From the NCBI GenBank assembly GCA_965248695.1, contig CBDFKD010000002.1:3040001-3104000 (forward strand): 64,000 nt of DNA, in the 5' to 3' direction. This DNA comes from Acidobacteriota bacterium. GTDB taxonomy: Bacteria > Acidobacteriota > UBA890 > WLXD01. Both the position numbers and the translations under genes were made by a program. Position 1 is the first letter of the stretch. Each line of letters begins with the position of its first letter. Below are positions 30,061-42,890 of the stretch, piece by piece. The notes beneath the pieces are model-generated. The model ran no database searches and had not been told where the DNA came from. It was given only the letters and a program-made list of their open reading frames with translations.

Positions 30061-31470
30061 ATGCTGATCACCGGAAAGCACGTTCAACGCCGCACGTTCC
30101 TACGTGGCGCCGGAGCAACCCTTGCTCTGCCGTTCCTGGACGCCATGGTGCCCGCCGGCCGCCTGGCTACGGCGGCGACCCGAGAGGCCGAAAAGACCCG
30201 CCTGGTGGCAATCGAGATGGTGCACGGCGCCGCCGGCTGCAATCAGTGGGGCGCGACCCAGAACCTCTGGTCACCGGCCGCCGCGGGTGGAGACTTCGAT
30301 CTCGACCCGACAGCCCTGGTGTCGCTCGATCCGTGGCGCGACTACCTGACGATCATCAGCAACACCGACGTGCGCATGGCGGAGGCCTTCCGGCCACACG
30401 AGATCGGCGGCGACCACTTCCGCTCCAGCGCCGTGTTCCTCACGCAGTCGCATCCGAAGCAGACCGAAGGCTCCGACGTGCTCGTGGGTACCTCGCTGGA
30501 CCAGTTGTACGCCCAGCGGTTCGGGCAGGACACGCCGATTCCCTCGATGCAGCTGTGCATCGAGAACATCAACCAGTCCGGCGGATGTGCATACGGGTAC
30601 ACGTGTGTCTATACGGACTCGATCAGCTGGGCGTCGCCGACCGAGCCACTGCCGGTGATCCGCGACCCGCGCGTAGCCTTCGAGCAGTTGTTCGGGGCCG
30701 GCGGCACGCCAGAGGAGCGCGCAGCGCGGCGGCGCGCGAGCCGCAGCATCCTCGATTGGGTCACCGGGCGAGTCGCCGAGCTGCGGCGAGATCTGGGCCC
30801 CAACGATCGCCATCGATTGGATCGCTACCTGGAGAACGTGCGCGAGATCGAGCGCCGCATACAACGCACCGAGGCACGCAACACCAGCGGCGCCGAACGC
30901 GCCATCCCCGAAGCCCCGGCCGGCGTGCCCGACTCGTTCGAAGCGCACACCAAGCTCATGTTCGACCTGCAGGCACTAGCGTTCGCCTCCGATACCACGC
31001 GCGTCTTTTCCTTCAAGATGGGACGCGACTCCTCGGCGCGCGTGTTCCCGGAGAGCGGTACCGACAAGCCGTTCCACCCGGCGTCACACCATGGCGGCAA
31101 AGAAGACGCGATCCGCGACTTCTACTTGCTCAACCGCTACCACGTCAGCATGTTGCCGTACTTCCTCGAGAAGCTGGCCAGTATCGATGAAGGTGGCACC
31201 CATCTGCTGGACAAGACGATGATCGTCTACGGGTCGCCGATGGCAGATAGCAACCTGCACAACCACCGACGGGCTCCGCTGATCGTGCTCGGGGGCGCCG
31301 GCGGCAAGCTCGACGGCAACCTGCACGTCGAAGCGCCGGACGGTACGCCGATGGCCAACGCCATGTTGACCCTGCTGCACAAGCTGGGACATGAGGATCT
31401 CGCCAGCTTTGGCGACTCGTCCGGCGAGTTGTCCCTGTCGCTGTCAGCCACCTCCGCATCGGCGGACTGA
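30061..31470 (+). CDS. DUF1552 (HXXSHH) protein, Tat-exported
   Basis: RRTFLRGAGATLALPFLDAMVP, SLDQ, CAYGYTCVY, HPASHH, LLDKTMIVYGS, NLHNH. Confidence 0.9.
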   Translation: MLITGKHVQRRTFLRGAGATLALPFLDAMVPAGRLATAATREAEKTRLVAIEMVHGAAGCNQWGATQNLWSPAAAGGDFDLDPTALVSLDPWRDYLTIISNTDVRMAEAFRPHEIGGDHFRSSAVFLTQSHPKQTEGSDVLVGTSLDQLYAQRFGQDTPIPSMQLCIENINQSGGCAYGYTCVYTDSISWASPTEPLPVIRDPRVAFEQLFGAGGTPEERAARRRASRSILDWVTGRVAELRRDLGPNDRHRLDRYLENVREIERRIQRTEARNTSGAERAIPEAPAGVPDSFEAHTKLMFDLQALAFASDTTRVFSFKMGRDSSARVFPESGTDKPFHPASHHGGKEDAIRDFYLLNRYHVSMLPYFLEKLASIDEGGTHLLDKTMIVYGSPMADSNLHNHRRAPLIVLGGAGGKLDGNLHVEAPDGTPMANAMLTLLHKLGHEDLASFGDSSGELSLSLSATSASAD

Positions 31471-31492
31471 TCCGCAACGAGTGCCGGCTTTG

Positions 31493-33391
31493 ATGAGGAC
31501 CCGCGCCCGCGTCACCGTAGCCGCCATGCTCGGGGCGTTGCTGACCCTGGGGCTGGCGCCCGCGGATCCACCGGTGGCGGACGCCGCCATGCACGACGAC
31601 CTCGACCTGGTTCGGTCGCTGCTCAAGGGCGGCGCTGACGTCAACGCAGCACAAGGCGACGGCATGACGGCGCTGCACTGGGCCGCCAGGACCGGCAACA
31701 CCGAGCTCGCAGAGATGCTCATCTACGCGGGCGCGAACCTCGTCGCGACGACGCGCATCGGCGGCTACACGCCGCTGCATCTGGCGGCCGCCGGAGGGCA
31801 GGCGGTGATGGTGGAGGCGCTCCTTCGGGCCGGTGCCGGGCCGGCGCAGCGAACCACCAGCGGCGGTGCCGTAGCGCTTCACCTGGCGGCCGGCGCCGGC
31901 AGCGTTGCGACGGTCGACGCCCTGCTGAAGCACGGAGCCGACGTCGACGCGCGCGAGGCACGGTGGGGGCAGACACCGCTCATGTTCGCCACCTCGAGAG
32001 GTCGACTCGATGCGGCGCGGACGCTCATCGCCGCCGGCGCCGATCTGTCCGTGACAACCGACGCCGAGGATCTTCCCGCCCTGGCGGCCGAGAGGCGGGT
32101 CGGGGCCAAGGTGCGCGACCAGGTGCTGGCGTCGTTTCGTGGCGACGAACCGTCGGGTACGTCGTGGCGACCCACCCCGGCCGAGGTTCAGATCGCGGTG
32201 CGCGCCGCCAACGACCCGCCGCCGGGAGCCGGCGATGACGCCCCTGCGACGCTCGACGACTTCGGGTTCCCGATCGATCAGGATCTCGGCGCCCTTGGTG
32301 CCGTACCCGATCAGGACCTCGGCGAGCAAGATGAAGGGTCGGAAGCGCCGGTCGACCCTGCCGAGGGACAACCCGCGGATGACTACAGCACATCCTTTCC
32401 GAATCTGGTCGGCACCCACGGTGGACTGACGGCGTTGCTGCACGCCATCCGCGAAGGCCACGCGGAGACCGCGCTGGCGCTGATCGAAGCGGGGGCCGAT
32501 CTCGACCAGCCGAGCGCTGGCGACCACACTACGCCGCTGTTGATGGCGACCGTGAACGGGCATTTCGACCTGGCGATGACGCTGCTGGAGCTCGGCGCCG
32601 ACCCCGACATCGGCAGTGTCGCCGGCGCCACCCCGCTGTTCGCGGCGATCAACACCCACTGGGCGCCCAAGGCCCGCTACCCGCAGCAACGCGCCTACCT
32701 GCAGCAGGAAACCACCTACCTGGAGCTCATGAGCGTGCTGCTAGCCGCCGGCGCCGACCCCGATGCGCGGCTGTCCAAGCACCTCTGGTACATGGAGTAC
32801 ACGTTCAGCCACCTGGGCGTCGACACGCGCGGCGCCACCCCGTTTTGGCGGGCGGCGCACGCACTCGATGTCGAGGCGATGCGGTTGTTGGTGGAGCACG
32901 GCGCCGATCCTCATATTCCGACCCGCAAGCCGCCGAAGCGGCGGTACGGATCCGAGGAGACTGGCGAAAAGGACGTCGAGGAAGACCCGTCCGGGCTGCC
33001 GCCGATCGACGTCGGCGAACCGGCGACCTGGCCGATCCACGCGGCCTCGGGTCATGGCTACGGGACCGGCTTCGCCGGCAACTCACACCGCCACGTTCCT
33101 GATGGTTGGATACCGGCGATCCGCTACCTGGTCGATGAGCTCGGGGCGGACGTCAACGCGCGCGACCACGAGGGCCACTCGCCGGTGCACAACGCAGCCG
33201 CCCGCGGCGACAACGCGATGATTCGATTCCTGGTGCAGCGCGGTGCCGACGTCACGTTGATCAACCGCGCCGGGCAAACGACAGCCGACATGGCCAACGG
33301 ACCGCAGCAACGCACCCAGGCATTCACCGAGACGGTGGCACTGCTCGAAAGCCTGGGTTCGAAGAACAACGACAACTGCGTATCCTGCTGA
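31493..33391 (+). CDS. Exported ankyrin repeat protein
   Basis: Signal peptide, many G-T-A/P-LH-AA...GADVNA ankyrin units, C-terminal CVSC. Confidence 0.9.
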   Translation: MRTRARVTVAAMLGALLTLGLAPADPPVADAAMHDDLDLVRSLLKGGADVNAAQGDGMTALHWAARTGNTELAEMLIYAGANLVATTRIGGYTPLHLAAAGGQAVMVEALLRAGAGPAQRTTSGGAVALHLAAGAGSVATVDALLKHGADVDAREARWGQTPLMFATSRGRLDAARTLIAAGADLSVTTDAEDLPALAAERRVGAKVRDQVLASFRGDEPSGTSWRPTPAEVQIAVRAANDPPPGAGDDAPATLDDFGFPIDQDLGALGAVPDQDLGEQDEGSEAPVDPAEGQPADDYSTSFPNLVGTHGGLTALLHAIREGHAETALALIEAGADLDQPSAGDHTTPLLMATVNGHFDLAMTLLELGADPDIGSVAGATPLFAAINTHWAPKARYPQQRAYLQQETTYLELMSVLLAAGADPDARLSKHLWYMEYTFSHLGVDTRGATPFWRAAHALDVEAMRLLVEHGADPHIPTRKPPKRRYGSEETGEKDVEEDPSGLPPIDVGEPATWPIHAASGHGYGTGFAGNSHRHVPDGWIPAIRYLVDELGADVNARDHEGHSPVHNAAARGDNAMIRFLVQRGADVTLINRAGQTTADMANGPQQRTQAFTETVALLESLGSKNNDNCVSC

Positions 33392-33534
33392 GACGCGCGA
33401 CTGGCCGCCGCCGGGAGGGTCGCGCTGCCCCTTGACGGCCCCACACTGCGGCGCGCAGACTTGCCGTTCCTCAACGCGAACGCACCTCCGCGGCACCCGT
33501 GCCGCGGCCTGAAGACAGCACCACCGGAGGCACG

Positions 33535-34002
<468 letters not shown>

Positions 34003-34007
34003 CTGCG

Positions 34008-36365
<2,358 letters not shown>

Positions 36366-36376
36366 AGGAGAGCACG

Positions 36377-37171
36377 ATGCAAGACTTCAACTTCCATCGT
36401 CCGGGCTCGATCGACGAGGCCAAGCAGGCGCTCCAGCAGGCGGTCGAAGGCAAGCTGCTAGCGGGTGGTCAAAGTCTGCTGCCGGTGATGAAGCTCGATC
36501 TGGCGGCGCCGAGCGATCTGATCAGCCTGCGCGACGTCCCCGCCCTAGGAGGCATCGAGGTCCAGGGCGATCAGCTGTTCATCGGTGCAGCTGCCACCCA
36601 CTCGGAGGTCGCCGCATCGGACGTCGTCAGGGGAGCGATCCCGGCGCTGGCCGATCTGGCCGGCGGCATCGGCGATCCACAGGTGCGCAACCGCGGCACC
36701 CTCGGTGGCTCGGTGGCGCATGCGGATCCGGCCGCCGACTACCCGGCGGCGCTGCTGGCACTCGATGCCACCGTGGTGACCGACGCCAGGGAGATCGCTG
36801 CGCACGAGTTCCTCGGCGGGATGTTCGAGACGCCGCTGGCGGATGACGAGATCATCACAGCGGTGCGTTTCAACGTGCCGCAGGCGGCCGCCTATGCGAA
36901 GTTCGCCAACCCGGCGTCGAAGTACGCCCTGGTCGGCGTGATGGTGTCGCGCACAGGCGACGGTGTCCGCGTCGGTGTGACCGGGGCCGGCTACGGCGCG
37001 TTCCGAGCCGCAGCGCTCGAGGCCGCGCTCGACGCCGATTTCAGCGCCGCAGGAATCGACGGCGTGGCCATCGACAGCACTGACCTGGCCGACGACGGCG
37101 ATGCCAGCGCCGAGTACCGGGCCCATTTGATCAAGGTGATGACCCAGCGAGCGGTGGAGGCGTGCGGGTAG
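36377..37171 (+). CDS. coxM: CoxM-like FAD subunit
   Basis: [38 protein letters not shown]. Confidence 0.9.
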   Translation: MQDFNFHRPGSIDEAKQALQQAVEGKLLAGGQSLLPVMKLDLAAPSDLISLRDVPALGGIEVQGDQLFIGAAATHSEVAASDVVRGAIPALADLAGGIGDPQVRNRGTLGGSVAHADPAADYPAALLALDATVVTDAREIAAHEFLGGMFETPLADDEIITAVRFNVPQAAAYAKFANPASKYALVGVMVSRTGDGVRVGVTGAGYGAFRAAALEAALDADFSAAGIDGVAIDSTDLADDGDASAEYRAHLIKVMTQRAVEACG

Positions 37172-38097
37172 GCGCACTGCCGGAATCGGTCGACGCGACG
37201 TCCGAGCTGCTGCTGCAGCATGACTACATCGCCGACCGATCGCTCGCCACGGCGGTGTACCTGTCGCTTGCCCTCGGCCGCCCGTTGTTCGTCGAGGGCG
37301 AGGCCGGCGTTGGCAAGACCGAGATCGCCAAGGTGCTGGCGGAGGCGCTCGACCGACGTCTGATCCGGCTGCAGTGCTACGAGGGGCTCGACGTCGCCGC
37401 CGCCGTCTACGAGTGGAACTACGCCCGGCAGATGATAGAGATCCGTCTCGCCGAGGCTGCCGGCGACACCGATCGCGCCGAGTTGGAGGCGGGCATCTTC
37501 TCGGAGCGCTTCCTGATCCGACGGCCACTGCTGGAGGCACTGGAGCCGCACGAGGAAGGGCCCCCGGTACTGCTGATCGACGAGCTCGATCGTGCCGACG
37601 AGCCCTTCGAGGCGTTTCTGCTGGAGGTACTGTCGGAGTTCCAGGTAACCGTCCCGGAGCTCGGCGCGTTTCGCGCCGAGACCCCGCCGGTAGTGGTGAT
37701 CACCTCCAACCGCACGCGCGAGATCCATGACGCGCTCAAGCGCCGCTGCCTGTACTGCTGGATCGACTACCCGGATGCTGCCCGCGAGCTGAAGATCCTG
37801 CGGGCTCGTGCCCCCGAGGCGCGCGAGGGACTGACGCGCCAGGTCGTCGGCTTCGTGCAGGCGCTGCGAGAGCGCGAGCTGTTCAAGCTGCCCGGGGTGG
37901 CCGAATCGATCGACTGGACGCGCGCGCTGCAGGTGCTCGACCGCACCACTCTCGATGCCGACAGCGTCGATGACACCCTGGGCGTGCTGCTCAAGTACGA
38001 AGATGATCTGTCGCGCATTCGGGGCGAGGAGGCCGCGGGCATTCTCCGTCAGGTCGAGGCGGAGCTCGCGGCGGCCCCCGTAGAGCCCGGGGCGTGA
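37162..38097 (+). CDS. coxD: CoxD MoxR-type AAA+ ATPase
   Basis: [43 protein letters not shown]. Confidence 0.9.
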   Translation: MRVGALPESVDATSELLLQHDYIADRSLATAVYLSLALGRPLFVEGEAGVGKTEIAKVLAEALDRRLIRLQCYEGLDVAAAVYEWNYARQMIEIRLAEAAGDTDRAELEAGIFSERFLIRRPLLEALEPHEEGPPVLLIDELDRADEPFEAFLLEVLSEFQVTVPELGAFRAETPPVVVITSNRTREIHDALKRRCLYCWIDYPDAARELKILRARAPEAREGLTRQVVGFVQALRERELFKLPGVAESIDWTRALQVLDRTTLDADSVDDTLGVLLKYEDDLSRIRGEEAAGILRQVEAELAAAPVEPGA

Positions 38098-39344
38098 GCG
38101 ACGATCTCACCGCGCTGAACCCCGGCGGCCAGCTTCCGGCGCACGTGATGGGTTTTGGACGGCTGCTGCGCCAGCTGGGCCTGGCCGTGGGACCGGAGCG
38201 TAGCCTGGCGGCGCTGCGCGCCATGGCGATGATCGACATCACGCGCCGCGCCGACTTCTATTGGACGCTGCACGCAGTGTGGGTGCACCGCGAGGAGCAT
38301 CGGGCGCTGTTCGACCTGGCGTTCCGCCGCTTCTGGCAGGATCCGGAGCGGGCCGTGCTCGACCCGATGCTCGCCGATCTGTTGTCGCAGTCGCGCGTCC
38401 CCTCGACCGCCGAACAGCGTCCGGGCGAACGACGTCTAGCCGAGGCCCGGGACGCAACGCAGCCGGAAACCTCTGAACCGGAGAGTCCACTCCATGAGCT
38501 CGCCGCCCACATGAGCTGGTCGCGACGCGAGCTGTTGCGCCGCAAGGACTTCGAACAGATGAGCGCCCACGAGGTGGCGCAAGCCAAGGCGATGGTCTCG
38601 CGATTGCGCCCACCCTGGCGCCAGCTCTCTACGCGTCGAATGCGCCCGGTGGCAGGTGGCCGACGTGCCGATCTGCGCGCCACGATCCGGGCCAGCCTGC
38701 GCGGGGGCGGCGACCACATTCCCCTGCGGTGGCGAGCACCGCGGCACCGCCCACCGGCGCTCGTCGTGCTCTGCGACATCTCCGGCTCGATGAGCACCTA
38801 CAGTCGTATGCTGCTGCACTTCGCCCACGCGCTCAGCAGCGATCGGGATCGCGTGCATACGTTCGTGTTCGCCACCCGCCTGACCAACGTGACCCGCACG
38901 CTGCGGCATCGCGACATCGACGCAGCGCTCGCGAGCCTCGGTCGCGACGTGCCCGACTGGGACGGCGGCACCCGCATCGCCGCTTGCCTACGTGAGTTCA
39001 ACTACCGGTGGTCACGGCGCGTGCTGGCCCAAGGAGCCGTGGTGCTGCTGATCACCGACGGCCTGGACCGCGACGACGGCGAGGGACTCCAGCACGAGAT
39101 GTCGCGGTTGCGGCGCTCGTGCCGGCAGCTCGTGTGGCTTAATCCCCTGCTGCGCTATGAGGCGTTCGAGCCCCGGGCGGCCGGAATCCGCGCCATGCTG
39201 CCGCACGTCGACGAGATGCGCGCCGCCCACCATCTGGCCTCACTGGAGGACCTGGGCGAAGCGCTGTCGCGCCCGGCGAACCGCTTTCTCACGCGTACTC
39301 ACCCGGCGAGCCGCTCAAAGGCTTCCGCCGAGCCGCGGCTCTAA
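38094..39344 (+). CDS. coxE: CoxE vWA-domain protein
   Basis: CDISGSM MIDAS, FATRLT, WDGGTRI, WLNPL. Confidence 0.9.
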   Translation: MSDDLTALNPGGQLPAHVMGFGRLLRQLGLAVGPERSLAALRAMAMIDITRRADFYWTLHAVWVHREEHRALFDLAFRRFWQDPERAVLDPMLADLLSQSRVPSTAEQRPGERRLAEARDATQPETSEPESPLHELAAHMSWSRRELLRRKDFEQMSAHEVAQAKAMVSRLRPPWRQLSTRRMRPVAGGRRADLRATIRASLRGGGDHIPLRWRAPRHRPPALVVLCDISGSMSTYSRMLLHFAHALSSDRDRVHTFVFATRLTNVTRTLRHRDIDAALASLGRDVPDWDGGTRIAACLREFNYRWSRRVLAQGAVVLLITDGLDRDDGEGLQHEMSRLRRSCRQLVWLNPLLRYEAFEPRAAGIRAMLPHVDEMRAAHHLASLEDLGEALSRPANRFLTRTHPASRSKASAEPRL

Positions 39345-39886
39345 TCGTCGGAACGCCTGAGCTTCCCGGCGATCGTCCGCAGTAGAAGCTTGCCGCCGTC
39401 GAGCGCCGCACCGCCGTCGTCGGCAACCGGCGTCTCCCCCTGGAGCTTCGCAGACAGCCGCGCGGCGAACTCCGCCAGTAACTGCTTCGACACCGCCTGG
39501 AACATGCCGCGTCCGAAGCGCACCAGCTTGCCGGCGATCTGAACGTCCGCGTCCATGCTCACCCGGCTGCCGTCCTCGTGCTCGGTCACCGCGCTGTGCA
39601 TGGTGACCGAGGCGGATCCGCCGCCGCGCTGGTCGCTGCCGTTGCCGGCCATGCTGAGGCGCATGTTGTCCTCGTCGATCTCGGTGAAACGAATCCGCCC
39701 GTTGTAGTTGACCGTCACCGGCCCCACCTTCACTCGCACCGTGCCGACGTAGTCATCGCCGTCGACCGATTCAAGCTGCGCACCGGGCAGGCAATCAGCA
39801 ACCCGGGTCGGATCCTTGAGCAGCGGCCAGACGCTCTCCGGAGATCCCGGTAGGTCGAACGACTCGCTGATCTTGAACGACGCCAT
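39341..39886 (-). CDS. coxG: CoxG/SRPBCC family protein
   Basis: VWPLLKDP...CLPGA, VKVGPV, GKLVRFGRG. Confidence 0.85.
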   Translation of the reverse strand: MASFKISESFDLPGSPESVWPLLKDPTRVADCLPGAQLESVDGDDYVGTVRVKVGPVTVNYNGRIRFTEIDEDNMRLSMAGNGSDQRGGGSASVTMHSAVTEHEDGSRVSMDADVQIAGKLVRFGRGMFQAVSKQLLAEFAARLSAKLQGETPVADDGGAALDGGKLLLRTIAGKLRRSDD

Positions 39887-39928
39887 TACGACTACCCCCG
39901 TTGGCCGGCGCTCTCGGCTCGCGGCACT

Positions 39929-40543
39929 CTAGTGGCCTGGTCCCGGCAACTGGTCCGACTCGTCTACGTCCCGGACTACACCGGCGTCGCCGAATGGCAC
40001 TCCGTGCACCCAGGCGGCGTGCTGATCGAGCAGAGCACGGGCGCCCACATCTCCAGAAACCTCGCCGATCTGCTCAAAATAGCTCGCCGCCCAAAGGACG
40101 GGGTTACCACGCCTGCGATCGTACACCGGCGCACAGATCGGGCGTCCACCGGCAGGATCGAACGCTTCGATCAGCGCATCGAGATGCTCCGCCCGCACCC
40201 AGGGCATGTCCGCCAGGCAGATCAACGCCCCGTCCACCGGCGGCACGGGACCGCTGGCCAGGGTCGCGACACCGACACGCAGCGTGGTGCTCATTCCCGA
40301 CGCGTAGTCCGGGTTGTGGACCACATCGACGGCCAGCCCGGCAACCGCCTCGGCGACGCGATCGCCATCGTGTCCGGTGACCACGATGATCGGTTCGGCG
40401 CGCGACCGCAACAACGCGCGAGCGGTGTGTCGGACCATCGGCCGCCCACCGACGTCGGCAAGCAGCTTGTTGGGTTGTCCGAAGCGCCTGGACTCACCCG
40501 CCGCCAGCAGCACCGCGCCAACCCTGTAGTCGGCAACGCTCAC
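39929..40543 (-). CDS. Molybdenum cofactor cytidylyltransferase (MocA-like)
   Basis: LLAAGESRRFG..NKLL, NPDYASGM, LADMP, GNPV, GDVGAR, DVD. Confidence 0.87.
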   Translation of the reverse strand: MSVADYRVGAVLLAAGESRRFGQPNKLLADVGGRPMVRHTARALLRSRAEPIIVVTGHDGDRVAEAVAGLAVDVVHNPDYASGMSTTLRVGVATLASGPVPPVDGALICLADMPWVRAEHLDALIEAFDPAGGRPICAPVYDRRRGNPVLWAASYFEQIGEVSGDVGARALLDQHAAWVHGVPFGDAGVVRDVDESDQLPGPGH

Positions 40544-41265
40544 GACTCACGCCGCTTTCGCAGCTGCTCGATCAGCTGCGACAGAATCGCCGTAGCGATC
40601 TCGGCTGGCGTCCTGGCGCCAATGTCGAGTCCGATCGGCCCGTGCACGCGCGCCAGCGCGGCACCCTCACACCCGGCCTCTGCCAGCCGCTCCATGCGTG
40701 CCGCGTGGTTGCGCTTGCTACCCAGCGCCCCGATGTAGAACGCCGGCGTCGTGACCGCGTGTTCGAGCGCCGGATCGTCGATCTTGGGGTCGTGACTCAA
40801 CACCACCACCGCCGTGCGATGGTCGATGCACAGTTCGGGGAGCGCCTGCTGCGGCCACTGGCGCCGCATCTCCACCTGCGGAAACCGATCCACCGTGGCA
40901 AAGGCCCGGCGCGGGTCCACCACGACCACTTCGTAGCCGTTGAGCGTCGCCATCGCCACCAGCGCCTGAGCGATGTGCGCCGCACCGACAACGACTACGC
41001 GGACCGGCGGGTTGAACACGTCCAGCAACAGCTTGCGCCCGTGATGGCCGACGACACCCGAGCGATCGTCGCGCACGGCCACCCGCGCCCCTTCGATCAG
41101 CAGATCGTCCACCGGCACCCCGTTGTCCGGCCCCGGAGCCGATTCTCTTTCCGTCGAAATAGGATACAGCAGCCGTTGATTGCCCGATTGCAGATCGGTA
41201 ACCAGGACGACCGTGCGCTTGGCGGCACGGTCGGCGACGATCTGCTCCAGCAGCGCGGCCTTCAA
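40540..41265 (-). CDS. XdhC/CoxF-family maturation factor (C-terminal type)
   Basis: VVGAAHIA, DPR, SHDPKIDD, YIGALGS, PIGLDIGARTPAEIA. TTG start overlaps the upstream stop. Confidence 0.87.
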   Translation of the reverse strand: MKAALLEQIVADRAAKRTVVLVTDLQSGNQRLLYPISTERESAPGPDNGVPVDDLLIEGARVAVRDDRSGVVGHHGRKLLLDVFNPPVRVVVVGAAHIAQALVAMATLNGYEVVVVDPRRAFATVDRFPQVEMRRQWPQQALPELCIDHRTAVVVLSHDPKIDDPALEHAVTTPAFYIGALGSKRNHAARMERLAEAGCEGAALARVHGPIGLDIGARTPAEIATAILSQLIEQLRKRRES

Positions 41266-41594
41266 TCGACGCGCTCGACCCAGATATCGACCTGCCCGCC
41301 ACACGCCAAGCCGACGGCCCAGGCCTCCTCGTCAGTGACACCGAACTCGAGCAGTCGCGGCGCGCCACTATCGATGACGTCGCGCGCCGCCGACACCACC
41401 GCGCCTTCGACGCAGCCGCCGGAGACCGAGCCCACGAAGTGGCCACCGGCCTCGATCGCCATGTGGCTGCCCGGCTGACGCGGCGCCGATCCCCAGGTGC
41501 GCACCACGGTGGCAAGCGCGACGGGCATGCCGTCGCGTACCCACTCGGCGGCCTGATCCAGCACCCCACCGGCGACGCGGTCGATCTCAGTCAC
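41262..41594 (-). CDS. XdhC/CoxI N-terminal domain protein
   Basis: ALATVVRTWGSAPR, GSVSGGCVE, AWAVGLACGG. Confidence 0.88.
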   Translation of the reverse strand: MTEIDRVAGGVLDQAAEWVRDGMPVALATVVRTWGSAPRQPGSHMAIEAGGHFVGSVSGGCVEGAVVSAARDVIDSGAPRLLEFGVTDEEAWAVGLACGGQVDIWVERVD

Positions 41595-41597
41595 GCG

Positions 41598-42890
41598 TCA
41601 GCTTCCCTCGAACCCCCAGAGCGCCAGGCTGGAGAGATCCTTGATCAGGAATCCGCCGCTGGTAGCCACTGGATGAGCCCAAGTCTGGCTATCAGCGACG
41701 GTGTACCGGCGCACGGGAGCAAACTCATCCGCCTCCGGTGGCAGCAGCATCAGCTCCCCGGAGTCGGTGAGGATAGCCAGCACGTCGCCGAGCACCAGGA
41801 ACGACGCATTGTCGCCCTCGCGTCCCTCGCTGGTCCAGATCATCTCCCCCGACTCCACGTCCATGGCGAAGAACTGGCCCTTGCGACGATGCGACATGCC
41901 GAAGAGCCGATCGCCTACCAGGACCGGCGTGCTCATGTAGAGCGATGCGGAGGGAATACTCCAGAGCTCCTGCGGCGCCCACTGGTCGCCGTCGCGCTCC
42001 AGCCGAATGGCGAACAGCGGTTGATTGAGCCCCGAGAGGATGAGCTTGTCGCCGTGCAACGCCGGAGTGACGACGTTCTGGTCGAACTCCGTGCGGAACG
42101 GAATGCGCCATAGCAATCGACCCGTGTCGACCGCCACGCCGACGATGTTCGCATCCGTCTGCGTCACCAGCTGGCGTTGCCCATCCACCGAGACGATCAT
42201 CGGCGAGACGTAGCTCGGGCCGTCTCCATCCAGCGACCAAACGACCTCGCCGGTCGCCGGGTCGAGCGCCACGATGGCCCCCTCGTCGGGCCCACCAGCG
42301 TGGACGATGAGCCTGTTGCCTTCGAGGATCGGCGACATCCCTGCACCGTACAGCGGGAACTTGGCAGCGAACTGGCCACCGAAGTCCGTCTGCCAGAGGC
42401 GCTCGCCGGACTCGAGCGCGTAGCTGGTCAGCGCCCCTCCCTTGCCGAACGTGTACAGGCGGCCGCCGGCAACCAGCGGGGTCGACACTGGGCCCTTGCC
42501 GAATGCCCGCCCGGCCGGATGCATCCGATAGGGCACCGGGTAGGAGTCCTCCCAGATGACCTGCCCGTCCGACAACTGCAGCGCGCGCACCACCTCCGCA
42601 TCGGCCTCGACATTGCGCGTGTGCACGTAGATCCGATCGCCGACAACCACGGGCGTGGAGTGGCCGGTGCCAACCTCGACGATCCACCGCCGGTAGAGCT
42701 GCTCGGGCCATTCCTCCGGAGCAACGAAACCGTGCACCACCCCGTCGCGATCGCGGCCGCGCCACTGACTCCATTCCTGGGCCAGTGCAGCGGGCGCCAC
42801 GGCCGCCAGCAGTGCGACCGCCGCGACCAACCGTCTGCGGCGCCAGCTGGGATCTACACGCTCCGCCAACACTGCCACCTCAGCGGTCAT
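41598..42890 (-). CDS. Exported PQQ-binding-like beta-propeller protein
   Basis: EWSQWRG, repeated SP/TP...G...W blades, TWAHPV. Confidence 0.85.
   Translation of the reverse strand: MTAEVAVLAERVDPSWRRRRLVAAVALLAAVAPAALAQEWSQWRGRDRDGVVHGFVAPEEWPEQLYRRWIVEVGTGHSTPVVVGDRIYVHTRNVEADAEVVRALQLSDGQVIWEDSYPVPYRMHPAGRAFGKGPVSTPLVAGGRLYTFGKGGALTSYALESGERLWQTDFGGQFAAKFPLYGAGMSPILEGNRLIVHAGGPDEGAIVALDPATGEVVWSLDGDGPSYVSPMIVSVDGQRQLVTQTDANIVGVAVDTGRLLWRIPFRTEFDQNVVTPALHGDKLILSGLNQPLFAIRLERDGDQWAPQELWSIPSASLYMSTPVLVGDRLFGMSHRRKGQFFAMDVESGEMIWTSEGREGDNASFLVLGDVLAILTDSGELMLLPPEADEFAPVRRYTVADSQTWAHPVATSGGFLIKDLSSLALWGFEGS

Noticed and set aside
39929-39939. Third match to the IS-like end (CTAGTGGCCTG)
   Set aside because: Only 11 bp, and it is simply the natural end of the mocA-like gene.
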